Source: an uncultured Bacteroidia bacterium
GTDB taxonomy: Bacteria > Bacteroidota > Bacteroidia > Bacteroidales > F082
Assembly (NCBI GenBank): GCA_902769875.1
Contig: CACXQV010000006.1
Span: forward strand, 11,759-75,758
DNA: 64,000 nucleotides
Direction of reading: 5' to 3'
Below, piece by piece: positions 34,221-43,174 of the stretch; the first letter of the stretch is position 1, and the number at the start of each line of letters is the position of its first letter. Made by a program: the position numbers and the translations under genes. The notes beneath the pieces are model-generated. The model searched no databases and had not been told where the DNA came from. It was given only the letters and a program-made list of their open reading frames with translations.

Positions 34221-35480
34221 ATGGACAACTACAAATTAGTAGAGACTTTTTCGGAATTCAAGGAGTTCAAGAACATTGACCGCGAAGCCATGATGCGCAT
34301 CATCGAGGATGTGTTCCGTGGCATGTTGAACAAGAAATTCGACACCGACACCAATGACTTCATCGACATCATCGTGAACGTCGACAAGGGTGACTTCGAA
34401 ATCTACCACAACCGCACCGTGGTTGAGGACGACAAACTGACCGACCCGTTGCGCGAAATCAAGCTTTCGGACGCCATCAAGATTGAGCCCGACTTCGAAG
34501 TGGGCGAAGAGGTGAACGAGGAACTGCGCATCGAGAACTTCGGTCGCCGCGACATTTTGGCCTTGCGCCAGAACCTGCAAATCAAGGTGGCCGAATACGA
34601 AAAGGAAAACATTTTCCAGAAGTACAAGGAAAAGGTGGGCGAAATCATCACCGCCGAGGTGCAGCATGTGTGGAAACGCGAGATCGTGGTCGTCGACGAT
34701 GAGGGCATCGAGCTCATCCTACCCAAGATCGAGCAGATACCGAGCGACATATATAAGAAAGGTGACACCCTCCGCGCCATCGTCAAGAGCGTTGAGAGCG
34801 TCAACGGCTCGCCTGTGGTGACGCTTTCGAGGGCTTCCGAGATCTTCTTGCAGCGTTTGCTCGAGGCCGAGGTTCCTGAGATTTACGACGGGTTGATCAC
34901 CATCAAGAAAATCGTCCGCGAGCCCGGCCAGCGCGCCAAGGTGGCCGTGGAGTCGTATGACGACCGCATCGACCCGGTCGGAGCCTGCGTCGGCATGAAG
35001 GGAACACGTATCCACGGCATCGTGCGCGAGCTTCGCAACGAGAACATCGACATCATCAACTGGACCACCAACCCGGTACTGTTCATCACCCGCGCCTTGA
35101 GTCCTGCCAAGATTACCAACATCGTGCTCAGCAGCGACAACACGATGGCCAACGTGTATATGGAGAACGACCAAATCAGCCTCGCCATCGGCAAGGGCGG
35201 CTATAACATCAAGCTGGCTGGCAAGTTGACGGGCTACGAAATCGACGTTTATCGCAACAGCGAAGCCAACAATGCCGAAGAGGACGTCGACCTGCAAGAG
35301 TTTTCTGACGAAATCGACCAATGGGTCATCGACTCGCTCGTCCACATGGGCTGCGACACGGCCAAGGCTGTGTTGTCGTATACGCCTGAAGAGGTGGCCA
35401 ACCGTGCCGACCTCGAAATTGAGACCGTCAAGGATGTGTTCCGCATCCTGAAGGCCGAATTTGAACAAGATGCCGAATGA
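34221..35480 (+). CDS. nusA: transcription termination/antitermination factor NusA
   Basis: 419 aa. S1 and KH regions (GACVGMKGTRIHGIVRELRNENIDII; AIGKGGYNIKLA). Confidence 0.95.
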   Translation: MDNYKLVETFSEFKEFKNIDREAMMRIIEDVFRGMLNKKFDTDTNDFIDIIVNVDKGDFEIYHNRTVVEDDKLTDPLREIKLSDAIKIEPDFEVGEEVNEELRIENFGRRDILALRQNLQIKVAEYEKENIFQKYKEKVGEIITAEVQHVWKREIVVVDDEGIELILPKIEQIPSDIYKKGDTLRAIVKSVESVNGSPVVTLSRASEIFLQRLLEAEVPEIYDGLITIKKIVREPGQRAKVAVESYDDRIDPVGACVGMKGTRIHGIVRELRNENIDIINWTTNPVLFITRALSPAKITNIVLSSDNTMANVYMENDQISLAIGKGGYNIKLAGKLTGYEIDVYRNSEANNAEEDVDLQEFSDEIDQWVIDSLVHMGCDTAKAVLSYTPEEVANRADLEIETVKDVFRILKAEFEQDAE

Positions 35481-35524
35481 TGCCAAGGCAATAAACCATA
35501 AACGAGAAACAAAGGAGAGCAACT

Positions 35525-38443
35525 ATGTCCGAAGAAACTAATTTTACAATTCGATTGTCGAAGGCGGCAAAAGAATTTAATGTGGGTAAGGATACCATCG
35601 TGGAGTTCCTCGCGAAGAAGGGATTTCAGGTGGACCCGTCACCCAACACGAAGCTCACGTCGCCGATGTATGAGCTGCTCGTGAAGGAATATCAGGGCGA
35701 AAAGGAAGTGAAGAACGAGGCCATGAAATTGGGTAACCTCTCGTATAAAGGTGGTAGTGTTTCCGTTGATTCGGCATTGCAATCGCCAAAAGCCGCTGAG
35801 GACGAAGATCACGACGAGGTGATCATACGTTCCACAACGATATCATCGCCGGTGAAAAAGGTCGCCAAACCCGTCGAGGAGGAAAAGAAGGTCGAGGAAA
35901 AGCCTGAAGAACCCGTAAAGGAGGAGGCCGCGCCAGCCCAGCCTGAAACGACCGAGCCCAAACAAGAGGCCGAAAAGCCTCAAGAGGAGGAGAAACCGGG
36001 CATTTCGCTGAAAATCTTGGGCCAAATCGACTTGGAGCCGAAGCCGCGTCAGGACAAGAAGAAGGCCAAGAAGGAACAGCCCAAGCAAAAGGAACAAAAG
36101 CCCCAAAAGCCTCAAGAAAAGAAGCCGCAGGAGCAAAAGCCGGCCCCGAAAAAGGAGGAGCCCAAGCCCCGTCCTGTAGCCAAACCCGAACCCGAGAAAC
36201 CCGCCGAGCCGAGAATCATCAAATTGGAGGCTCCCAAACTGCAAGGCCCCAAGGTTTTGGGCATGGTGGAGCTGCCCGACGAGAAAAAGCAAGGCAAGTC
36301 AGGCGACTCGAAGAAGAAAAAGAAACGCAAACGCATCATGGGCGGCAAGCCCGAAGGGTCGTCGGAGAATCCCACTGGCGCAAACGTGAATGCAGGCGGC
36401 AACGGCAAGAAACAAGATAACGGCAAGTCGGGCAAAGGCCAGAAGCCTGCCGACAATGCCGGAAAGAAGGGCCAGAAAGACAGCCCGAAACCCAGCAAGA
36501 AAGACAAGAAGAACAAACGCGAGGAAAAACCTGAACTGACCGAAGAGGAAATCTCGAAGCAGATCAAGGACACCTTGGCACGCCTCGCCCCGATGGGCAA
36601 GTCGAAGACCTCGAAACACCGCCGCGAAAAACGTCAGGCAGTGGCTGGCACGATGATGGAGGAGATGATGCGCCAAGAAGAGAACAAGAAGGTGCTGAAA
36701 GTGACCGAGTTCGTGACTGCCAACGAGTTGGCCACGATGATGAACGTTCCCGTGGTGAAGGTCATCGGCACCTGCATGAGCCTCGGCATGCCGGTTTCCA
36801 TCAACCAACGCCTCGACGCTGAAGCCTTGACAGTGGTGGCTGAAGAATTTGGCTTCCAAGTCGACTTTGTCAGCGCCGATGTGCAAGAGGCCATCGCCGA
36901 GACCGAAGAGGTCGATAGGGAAGAAGATCTCGTGCCTCGTGCGCCTGTCGTAACCGTCATGGGTCACGTCGACCACGGCAAGACCAAGTTGCTCGACTAT
37001 ATCCGTAACACCAATGTGGTGGCCGGTGAGGCGGGTGGCATCACCCAACACATCGGCGCCTACGAGGTGACGACCGAAAGCGGAAAGAAAATCACCTTCT
37101 TGGATACGCCCGGTCACGAAGCCTTTACGGCCATGCGTGCCCGTGGCGCCAAGATTACTGACGTGGCCATCATCGTCATTGCCACTGATGACAGCGTGAT
37201 GCCGCAAACCGTTGAGGCCATCAACCATGCGCAAGCCGCTGGCGTGCCTATCGTATTCGCTTTGAACAAGATAGACAAACCTACAGCCAATCCCGACAAG
37301 ATTCGTGAGCAGTTGGCCAACATGAACATCCTTGTCGAAAGCTGGGGCGGCAAGTACCAAGATCAGGAAATCGCCGCCAAAATCGGTCTGAATGTCGATG
37401 CCTTGCTTGAAAAGGTGTTGCTCGAAGCCGAATTCCTCGACCTGAAGGCCAACCCGAACCGTTTGGCCAAAGGAACGGTCATTGAATCTGCCCTCGACAA
37501 GGGTCGCGGCTATGTGGCCAAGATTTTGGTGCAAAACGGCACCTTGCGCATTGGCGACATGGTGTTGGCTGGCACGACTTACGGTAAGGTGAAGGCCATG
37601 TTTGATGACCACAACCGTCCCGTAAAGGAAGCAGGCCCTTCCACGCCGGTGCTTTTGCTCGGCTTGAACGGCGCTCCCATGCCCGGCGATGCTTTCAACG
37701 TGATGATCGATGAGCGCGAAGTGAAAGCCATTGCCAACCGTCGTGAGCAGTTGCAGCGCGAACAGACACGTCGCACCAGCCCGCACATCACTCTGGATGA
37801 AATTGGCCGTCGTATCGCCATCGGCGACTTCAAGGAGTTGAACATCATCGTCAAGGCCGACGTGGACGGTTCTGTTGAGGCCTTGGCCGATAGCTTGCTG
37901 AAGCTCTCCACCGAGCAGGTGCAGGTCAATGTCATCCACAAGTCGGTGGGTGCCATCAGCGAGTCGGATGTTATGCTGGCTTCGGCTTCCAATGCCGTCA
38001 TCGTGGGCTTCAATGTGCGTCCTACCGCGCAAGCGCGTAAGATGGCTGAGAATGAGAAGATTGACATTCGTCTGTATTCCATCATCTACACCGCCATCGA
38101 GGAAATCAAGGCCGCTATCGAAGGTATGTTGGCTCCCGAAATCGAGGAAGTGGTCACCTGCAACCTCGAAATCCGCGAGACCTTCAAGATCAGCAAGGTC
38201 GGTACCATCGCCGGTTGTATGGTCTTGGACGGCAAGATTACGCGCAACACGAAGATTCGCGTCATCCGCGACGGCATCGTGATTTACACTGGCGTGCTCG
38301 GCTCCCTGAAGCGTTACAAGGACGACGTGAAAGAAGTCAGTGCCGGCATGGACTGCGGCTTGAACATCGAGAACTTCAACGACATCAAGGTCGGCGACAT
38401 CATCGAGGGCTACACCGAAAAGGAGATTGCCCGCAAACTGTAA
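35525..38443 (+). CDS. infB: translation initiation factor IF-2
   Basis: 972 aa. K/E/P-rich N-terminus. G domain [29 protein letters not shown]. Confidence 0.97.
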   Translation: MSEETNFTIRLSKAAKEFNVGKDTIVEFLAKKGFQVDPSPNTKLTSPMYELLVKEYQGEKEVKNEAMKLGNLSYKGGSVSVDSALQSPKAAEDEDHDEVIIRSTTISSPVKKVAKPVEEEKKVEEKPEEPVKEEAAPAQPETTEPKQEAEKPQEEEKPGISLKILGQIDLEPKPRQDKKKAKKEQPKQKEQKPQKPQEKKPQEQKPAPKKEEPKPRPVAKPEPEKPAEPRIIKLEAPKLQGPKVLGMVELPDEKKQGKSGDSKKKKKRKRIMGGKPEGSSENPTGANVNAGGNGKKQDNGKSGKGQKPADNAGKKGQKDSPKPSKKDKKNKREEKPELTEEEISKQIKDTLARLAPMGKSKTSKHRREKRQAVAGTMMEEMMRQEENKKVLKVTEFVTANELATMMNVPVVKVIGTCMSLGMPVSINQRLDAEALTVVAEEFGFQVDFVSADVQEAIAETEEVDREEDLVPRAPVVTVMGHVDHGKTKLLDYIRNTNVVAGEAGGITQHIGAYEVTTESGKKITFLDTPGHEAFTAMRARGAKITDVAIIVIATDDSVMPQTVEAINHAQAAGVPIVFALNKIDKPTANPDKIREQLANMNILVESWGGKYQDQEIAAKIGLNVDALLEKVLLEAEFLDLKANPNRLAKGTVIESALDKGRGYVAKILVQNGTLRIGDMVLAGTTYGKVKAMFDDHNRPVKEAGPSTPVLLLGLNGAPMPGDAFNVMIDEREVKAIANRREQLQREQTRRTSPHITLDEIGRRIAIGDFKELNIIVKADVDGSVEALADSLLKLSTEQVQVNVIHKSVGAISESDVMLASASNAVIVGFNVRPTAQARKMAENEKIDIRLYSIIYTAIEEIKAAIEGMLAPEIEEVVTCNLEIRETFKISKVGTIAGCMVLDGKITRNTKIRVIRDGIVIYTGVLGSLKRYKDDVKEVSAGMDCGLNIENFNDIKVGDIIEGYTEKEIARKL

Positions 38444-38465
38444 GGCAGTTGCTTTACTATGATTT

Positions 38466-38505
38466 GAAAAAAGCCTCGGCAACGGTGTGTTGTCGAGGCT
38501 TTTTT
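38466..38505 (+). terminator. terminator after infB
   Basis: AAAAAAGCCTCGGCAAC-ggtgt-GTTGTCGAGGCTTTTTT. Confidence 0.75.
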
Positions 38506-38511
38506 ATGCAC

Positions 38512-38601
38512 TTTTGAGAATTTTGTAGAGGGGATTTGAGAATTTTGTAAGCAACTTTTGAGAATTTTGTAAAGTAGATTTGAGAATTTTGTGTATCTTT
38601 G
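38512..38601. repeat. 4 x 22-bp tandem repeat with core TTGAGAATTTTGT
   Basis: Cores start at 38514, 38536, 38558 and 38580. Confidence 0.9.
38594..38601 (+). promoter_or_regulatory. -7 box TATCTTTG upstream of ATPase 38623
   Basis: TAnnTTTG match. Abuts the fourth copy of the 22-bp repeat. Confidence 0.5.
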
Positions 38602-38622
38602 CAGCCGAAAAACCAATGTATT

Positions 38623-39807
38623 ATGTATAGAAGACCGCAATTTGACGAATTAATGTCGCGTATGAAAGAGCCTCGGCGTTTCATACAAGTGTTATCTGGT
38701 CCGCGACAGGTGGGGAAATCGACCTTGGTAAAACAAGTGTTGCAGGAAATAGACATTCCTTATCTGTTTGTCACGGCGGATAGCATTCCTCCCGAGAACA
38801 CGGCTTGGATTGGCGAAACTTGGTCGACGGCGCGTGCAAGACTGCAAATAGCCCAGGCATCGGAGTATCTTCTTGTCATTGACGAAGTCCACAAGATTGA
38901 CAATTGGAGCGAAGCCGTGAAGAAGGAATGGGATATGGACACTTTCAATGACATTCCGATAAAGGTGGTGTTGCTTGGTTCTTCGCGGCTGTTGCTGAAA
39001 GACGGATTGACCGAGTCGCTTGCAGGAAGGTTCGAAATCATTCGTATGTCGCATTGGAGCTATCTGGAGATGCGCGAGGCTTTCGGCTTCGACATCAACC
39101 AATATGTGTATTATGGCGGCTATCCCGGCGGGGCACTTTTGACAAAGGATTTCCGCCGTTGGCAGCGGTATGTCAAGGAAAGCATTGTGGCTCCGGCCAT
39201 TGAGCGGGATGTCCTGTCGACGAAAATCGTATATAAACCTGAATTGATGCGCCAATTGTTTGATTTGGGCTGTGTGTATTCGGGCAAGGAACTGTCTTTG
39301 AACAAGATGCTCGGCCAACTGCTGGATGTGGGCAATGTGACCACGCTCGCCAATTACCTGACCACATTGGACGAGTCGAGGCTGCTTTGCGGGTTGCACA
39401 AATATGCCAATGATGCGGCACGCAAGTATAATTCGGTGCCGAAACTTATGGTTTACAACACCGCCTTGCTTTCGGCGCAGTCGAGTGTCGCTTTCGAGAA
39501 GGCGTTCACGACACCAACCGAGTGGGGGCGATGGGTGGAGTCGGCTGTCGGGGCGTTCTTGCTCAATCAGGCTGACGAAGTCGGATACAAGATGTTCTAT
39601 TGGCGCGAGCGCAATGATGAGGTGGATTTCATCATTGAGTACAACAGGAAGTGTGTCGCCATAGAGGTAAAAAGTGGCCGCCGAACTGAAAACGAGGGAC
39701 TTAAAAAGTTCAGGGAGCAATTCAACCCTGCCCATTCGTTTATAGTGGGCAGTGGTGGAATACCCGTTGAAGAGTTTCTCACGTTCAATTTGGAGCGGCT
39801 TTTTTGA
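38623..39807 (+). CDS. orphan P-loop ATPase (AAA_14 plus DUF4143-type)
   Basis: ATG at 38623. Contains VLSGPRQVGKSTLV and LVIDEVHK, with C-terminal EVDFIIE...IEVKSG. Confidence 0.85.
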   Translation: MYRRPQFDELMSRMKEPRRFIQVLSGPRQVGKSTLVKQVLQEIDIPYLFVTADSIPPENTAWIGETWSTARARLQIAQASEYLLVIDEVHKIDNWSEAVKKEWDMDTFNDIPIKVVLLGSSRLLLKDGLTESLAGRFEIIRMSHWSYLEMREAFGFDINQYVYYGGYPGGALLTKDFRRWQRYVKESIVAPAIERDVLSTKIVYKPELMRQLFDLGCVYSGKELSLNKMLGQLLDVGNVTTLANYLTTLDESRLLCGLHKYANDAARKYNSVPKLMVYNTALLSAQSSVAFEKAFTTPTEWGRWVESAVGAFLLNQADEVGYKMFYWRERNDEVDFIIEYNRKCVAIEVKSGRRTENEGLKKFREQFNPAHSFIVGSGGIPVEEFLTFNLERLF

Positions 39808-39935
39808 AAATAAACCGCCAAATGCTCTGCCGTGAGTGCAACCGGCGGAAGAGCGGGAAATGATAATCGGCTAACAATGAACCTCGAAGCAGGGATGGAG
39901 CCTTCTTTTCTGGCTTGGGTTGTTTTTGCCCAACA

Positions 39936-40020
39936 TTTTGAGGGTTTTGCAGAATCAGGCAAAATAAATTTTGAGGATTTTGTTGTTTTTGGCAGAAAAC
40001 ATTTTGAGGAAAGAAATAAA
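39936..40020. repeat. 3 x 33-bp degenerate repeat with core TTTTGAGG
   Basis: Cores at 39936, 39969 and 40002. Confidence 0.75.
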
Positions 40021-40024
40021 ACAC

Positions 40025-40032
40025 TATCTTTG
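40025..40032 (+). promoter_or_regulatory. -7 box TATCTTTG upstream of ATPase 40053
   Basis: TAnnTTTG match 21 nt before the ATG. Confidence 0.5.
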
Positions 40033-40052
40033 CACAGTCAAATCAGCAAGTT

Positions 40053-41396
40053 ATGGAACCAAAGAGAATCTTTAAGCGAAAAATATATGACCGCCTGCTC
40101 AAATGGAAGCAAGAAAGCAACGGGAATAGTGCCCTCCTCATAGAAGGTGCCCGTCGCATAGGCAAGTCAACCATTGTAAAAACCTTCGCGCGAAACGAGT
40201 ATAAATCGTTCATCCTCATCGATTTCACCACTTGCTCTCAGGAAGTCAAGAATCTCTTTAATGATGTCTCCAACCTCAACTACATATTTTTGAGGCTTCA
40301 ATTGGCATACGATGTACAATTGGTTGAGCGCAAGTCGCTCATCGTTTTTGACGAGGTTCAGTTTCAACCTCTTGCCCGTCAAGCGATTAAGGCATTCGTG
40401 GAAGACCATCGTTACGATTATATCGAAACAGGATCCCTGATTTCCATCCGCAAGAATACGGAGAACATACTCATCCCCAGCGAGGAGGAACGTGTCAGCA
40501 TGTATCCGATGGATTACGAAGAGTTCCGTTGGGCTATGGGTGACACAGCGACCATTCCATTGCTCCGTAGTGTCTGGAAATACCCTCAGCCACTGAAGGA
40601 AGTCCATCGCAAACTTATGCGCGACTTTCGTCTTTATATGCTTGTCGGCGGTATGCCCCAGGCCGTGGATGCCTATTTGGAGTCCAACAATTTCGAGGTG
40701 GTGGACCGTGCCAAAAGGCTTATACTTGATTTGTATGATGAGGATTTCCGGAAAATCGACCCATCGGGAAAAGCCGCACGGATTTTCGCCGCCATTCCGG
40801 CGCAACTCAACAGCAACGCTTCCCGCTATCATATTTCCAGTGTAATTCCAAAGGCAAGAAATGAAGACTATATAGAGTTGATTTCAGAAATGGAGAAGTC
40901 AAAAACGGTGAATATCTCCCACCACTGCGACGACCCGAATGTCGGCCTCGGAAGCACGGAGGATTTGGAACAGTACAAAATGTTTGTCGGCGACACTGGC
41001 CTTTTTGTCACACTGGCGTTTCGCGACAAGGCGTTTACGGAAAATGTCATTTATGAGCGGCTCCTTAGTGACAAACTCGCCACCAACCTTGGCTATTTAT
41101 ATGAGAATATCGTGGCCCAGATGCTCACGGCTTCAGGCAATAAACTCTTCTATCATTCTTGGCCTACGGAAAGCGAAAAACACAATTATGAGGTTGATTT
41201 CCTTTTGTCTCGCGGAACGAAGATTCTGCCGATTGAGGTGAAGTCATCTTCCTACAAGACACATGTTTCATTGGATGCTTTTTGCAAGAAGTTTTCGTCG
41301 CGCATCACCAACGAGCGTTACCTCATCTATACGAAAGACTATGCCCACGAGGAATCGGTGAAATATCTGCCTGCTTATTTGGCGTTTTTTCTGTAG
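40053..41396 (+). CDS. orphan P-loop ATPase (AAA plus DUF4143-type)
   Basis: Contains LIEGARRIGKSTIV and IVFDEVQ, with C-terminal YEVDFLL...IEVKSS. Confidence 0.85.
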   Translation: MEPKRIFKRKIYDRLLKWKQESNGNSALLIEGARRIGKSTIVKTFARNEYKSFILIDFTTCSQEVKNLFNDVSNLNYIFLRLQLAYDVQLVERKSLIVFDEVQFQPLARQAIKAFVEDHRYDYIETGSLISIRKNTENILIPSEEERVSMYPMDYEEFRWAMGDTATIPLLRSVWKYPQPLKEVHRKLMRDFRLYMLVGGMPQAVDAYLESNNFEVVDRAKRLILDLYDEDFRKIDPSGKAARIFAAIPAQLNSNASRYHISSVIPKARNEDYIELISEMEKSKTVNISHHCDDPNVGLGSTEDLEQYKMFVGDTGLFVTLAFRDKAFTENVIYERLLSDKLATNLGYLYENIVAQMLTASGNKLFYHSWPTESEKHNYEVDFLLSRGTKILPIEVKSSSYKTHVSLDAFCKKFSSRITNERYLIYTKDYAHEESVKYLPAYLAFFL

Positions 41397-41442
41397 CGTT
41401 ACATCGGCTATAACGACATAAAAATCATTCGAATGGTTGTTT

Positions 41443-41545
41443 TCGTCCAAAAGTAGGTCAAAAAACCAAGATTTGGACAGAATTTGTAATGTTTTTGTCC
41501 AAAAGTGGGTAAAAAAGTATAGATTTGGACAAAAATGTGTTTTCC
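41443..41545. repeat. about 105-bp element (left copy) with two GTCCAAA...TTTGGAC inverted repeats
   Basis: Aligns by eye at roughly 85 percent with 43067..43170. Confidence 0.85.
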
Positions 41546-41561
41546 AATCGAAAAGAAGTCG

Positions 41562-41569
41562 TATTTTTG
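41562..41569 (+). promoter_or_regulatory. -7 box TATTTTTG upstream of ATPase 41578
   Basis: TAnnTTTG match only 9 nt before the ATG, implying a near-leaderless mRNA. Confidence 0.45.
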
Positions 41570-41577
41570 CGGCAAAA

Positions 41578-43041
41578 ATGAAACCGATGGAAAACACGGA
41601 CAAACTCATTGGCCGCGAGCGCGAATGTGAAGAACTGCGATGGGCGATGGACTCCAACCGTTCTGAACTGGTCATCTTATATGGCAGAAGGCGCATCGGG
41701 AAAACTTTCCTTGTGCGCAAGTTCTTCGACGACACTTATAGTTTCCATTTTGTTGGTGCGCACAAGCAGAAGAAAGACATTCAGTTGCAGAACTTTAGAG
41801 ATGCGTTAGTCCGGTATTCGGGCAATTCGGAACTGCCGAGGTTGGAGGATTGGCATCAGGCTTTCGGGTGCTTGGAAACCTATCTTGAAAGCTGCAAGGA
41901 AAGCCGAAAAGTCGTGTTTTTCGATGAAATGCCTTGGATTGACACGCAAGGCAGCGAGTTCGTTGACGCGCTGGAATATTTCTGGTCGAGTTGGGTGCAA
42001 AACCGTGACGACATTGTCTTTATCGCTTGCGGTAGCGCAACCAGTTGGATGAAAGACCGGATAGAAGACAACCAAGGCGGGCTGCACAACCGCATCACCC
42101 ACCGCATCTATCTGCGCCCGTTCTATCTGCGCGAATGTAGGGCCTACCTTAAGGAACACGGCTTCGACTGGGACGATTACCAGATTTTGCAGTGCTATAT
42201 GATTTTTGGCGGCGTTCCGTATTACTTGAGCCTGCTGCGTCCCTATCTGAGCCTTCCGCAAAATGTTGATTCTTTGGTGTTTCGGCGTGGCGGCGACTTG
42301 AGCGACGAGTTCGACGAATTGTATAACGCACTGTTCAACAAGGCCGACCGTTATCTTGCCATCGTGAAACTCTTGTCCACCAAAAGGGAGGGCTTTGTCC
42401 GCAGCGAAATCGAAAAGGGGACAGGCTACGGCGGTGGCGGATTGTCGAAAATGCTTGACAACCTTGAACGTTGCGATTTCATCGTCTCGTATGCCCAATT
42501 CGGCAACAAAAGCAAACAGACACTTTATCGCCTGTCCGATTTCTTCACGCTTTTCTATTTCCGTTATGTGGAGGACAACCGCTCGCGCGATGAGCAGTAT
42601 TGGCAGCACCATTTCACCGACAGCAGCGTGGAGACTTGGGAGGGATTCACGTTTGAGGAGGTCTGTCTGCGCCATTTGCCGCATATCAAACGTGGCTTGG
42701 GTATTTCGGGAATAGCAACCGAGGCTTCGTCGTGGCGTTTTGTGCCTCAAAAGGGCGACGAGCGCAAAAAAGCCCAAATCGACCTTGTCATCAAGCGGGC
42801 CGACAAGATTGTGCATTTGGTGGAAATGAAGTTTTCGGAAACGCCGTTTGCCATCACCAAGGCATACGAAAACCACCTTCAGGAACGGAAAAACCTGTTT
42901 ATGGAGGTTACGGGTATTCCTCGCGGCGTGGTGCACACTTTTATTTCCCCGAAGGGCTTGTCGAAAGGGATGCACTCGTCCATCGTTCATAGCCAACTTA
43001 CCGCCGAGGATTTGTTTGCCGAAGTCAGAAAGTTTGAGTGA
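41578..43041 (+). CDS. orphan ATPase (archaeal-ATPase-like plus DUF234-type)
   Basis: ATG at 41578, 9 nt after a TATTTTTG box. Contains LIGRERECEEL...LYGRRRIGKTFLV and VFFDEMPW. Confidence 0.85.
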   Translation: MKPMENTDKLIGRERECEELRWAMDSNRSELVILYGRRRIGKTFLVRKFFDDTYSFHFVGAHKQKKDIQLQNFRDALVRYSGNSELPRLEDWHQAFGCLETYLESCKESRKVVFFDEMPWIDTQGSEFVDALEYFWSSWVQNRDDIVFIACGSATSWMKDRIEDNQGGLHNRITHRIYLRPFYLRECRAYLKEHGFDWDDYQILQCYMIFGGVPYYLSLLRPYLSLPQNVDSLVFRRGGDLSDEFDELYNALFNKADRYLAIVKLLSTKREGFVRSEIEKGTGYGGGGLSKMLDNLERCDFIVSYAQFGNKSKQTLYRLSDFFTLFYFRYVEDNRSRDEQYWQHHFTDSSVETWEGFTFEEVCLRHLPHIKRGLGISGIATEASSWRFVPQKGDERKKAQIDLVIKRADKIVHLVEMKFSETPFAITKAYENHLQERKNLFMEVTGIPRGVVHTFISPKGLSKGMHSSIVHSQLTAEDLFAEVRKFE

Positions 43042-43066
43042 CAATTAGGTCGAAAACATCGATTTC

Positions 43067-43170
43067 CGTCCAAAAGCAGGTCAAAAAACACACATTTGGA
43101 CAAAACTTGTTCGATTTTTGTCCAAATGTGGGTAAAAAAGTATGGATTTGGACAAAACTTGCTTTTCAAT
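43067..43170. repeat. about 105-bp element (right copy), a direct repeat of 41443..41545
   Basis: ccgtccaaaagcaggtcaaaaaacacacatttggacaaaacttgttcgatttttgtccaaatgtgggtaaaaaagtatggatttggacaaaacttgcttttcaatc. Confidence 0.85.
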
Positions 43171-43174
43171 CACT

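Noticed and set aside
36299-38482. 727-aa ORF on the minus strand, antisense to infB. Similar long antisense ORFs occur at 793..1992, 6297..7181, 10846..11901, 15510..16775, 17736..18530, 27623..28972, 41806..43044, 43142..44764, 47558..48673, 55291..56877 and 62469..63494.
   Set aside because: Each lies entirely inside a confidently recognised gene on the other strand. Their translations are low-complexity and rich in Arg/Gly/Val/His/Leu, with no recognisable motifs. This is the typical open antisense frame of GC-rich coding DNA.
41268-41735. A minus-strand ORF here and the one at 42987..43169 share the peptide FCPN.YFFTH.WTK..Q.LSK..FFDLLLD, hinting at a conserved small protein.
   Set aside because: The similarity simply reflects the about 105-bp direct DNA repeats. 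The substitutions are not biased toward synonymous changes. There is no shared start codon or promoter, and one ORF runs antisense into an ATPase gene.
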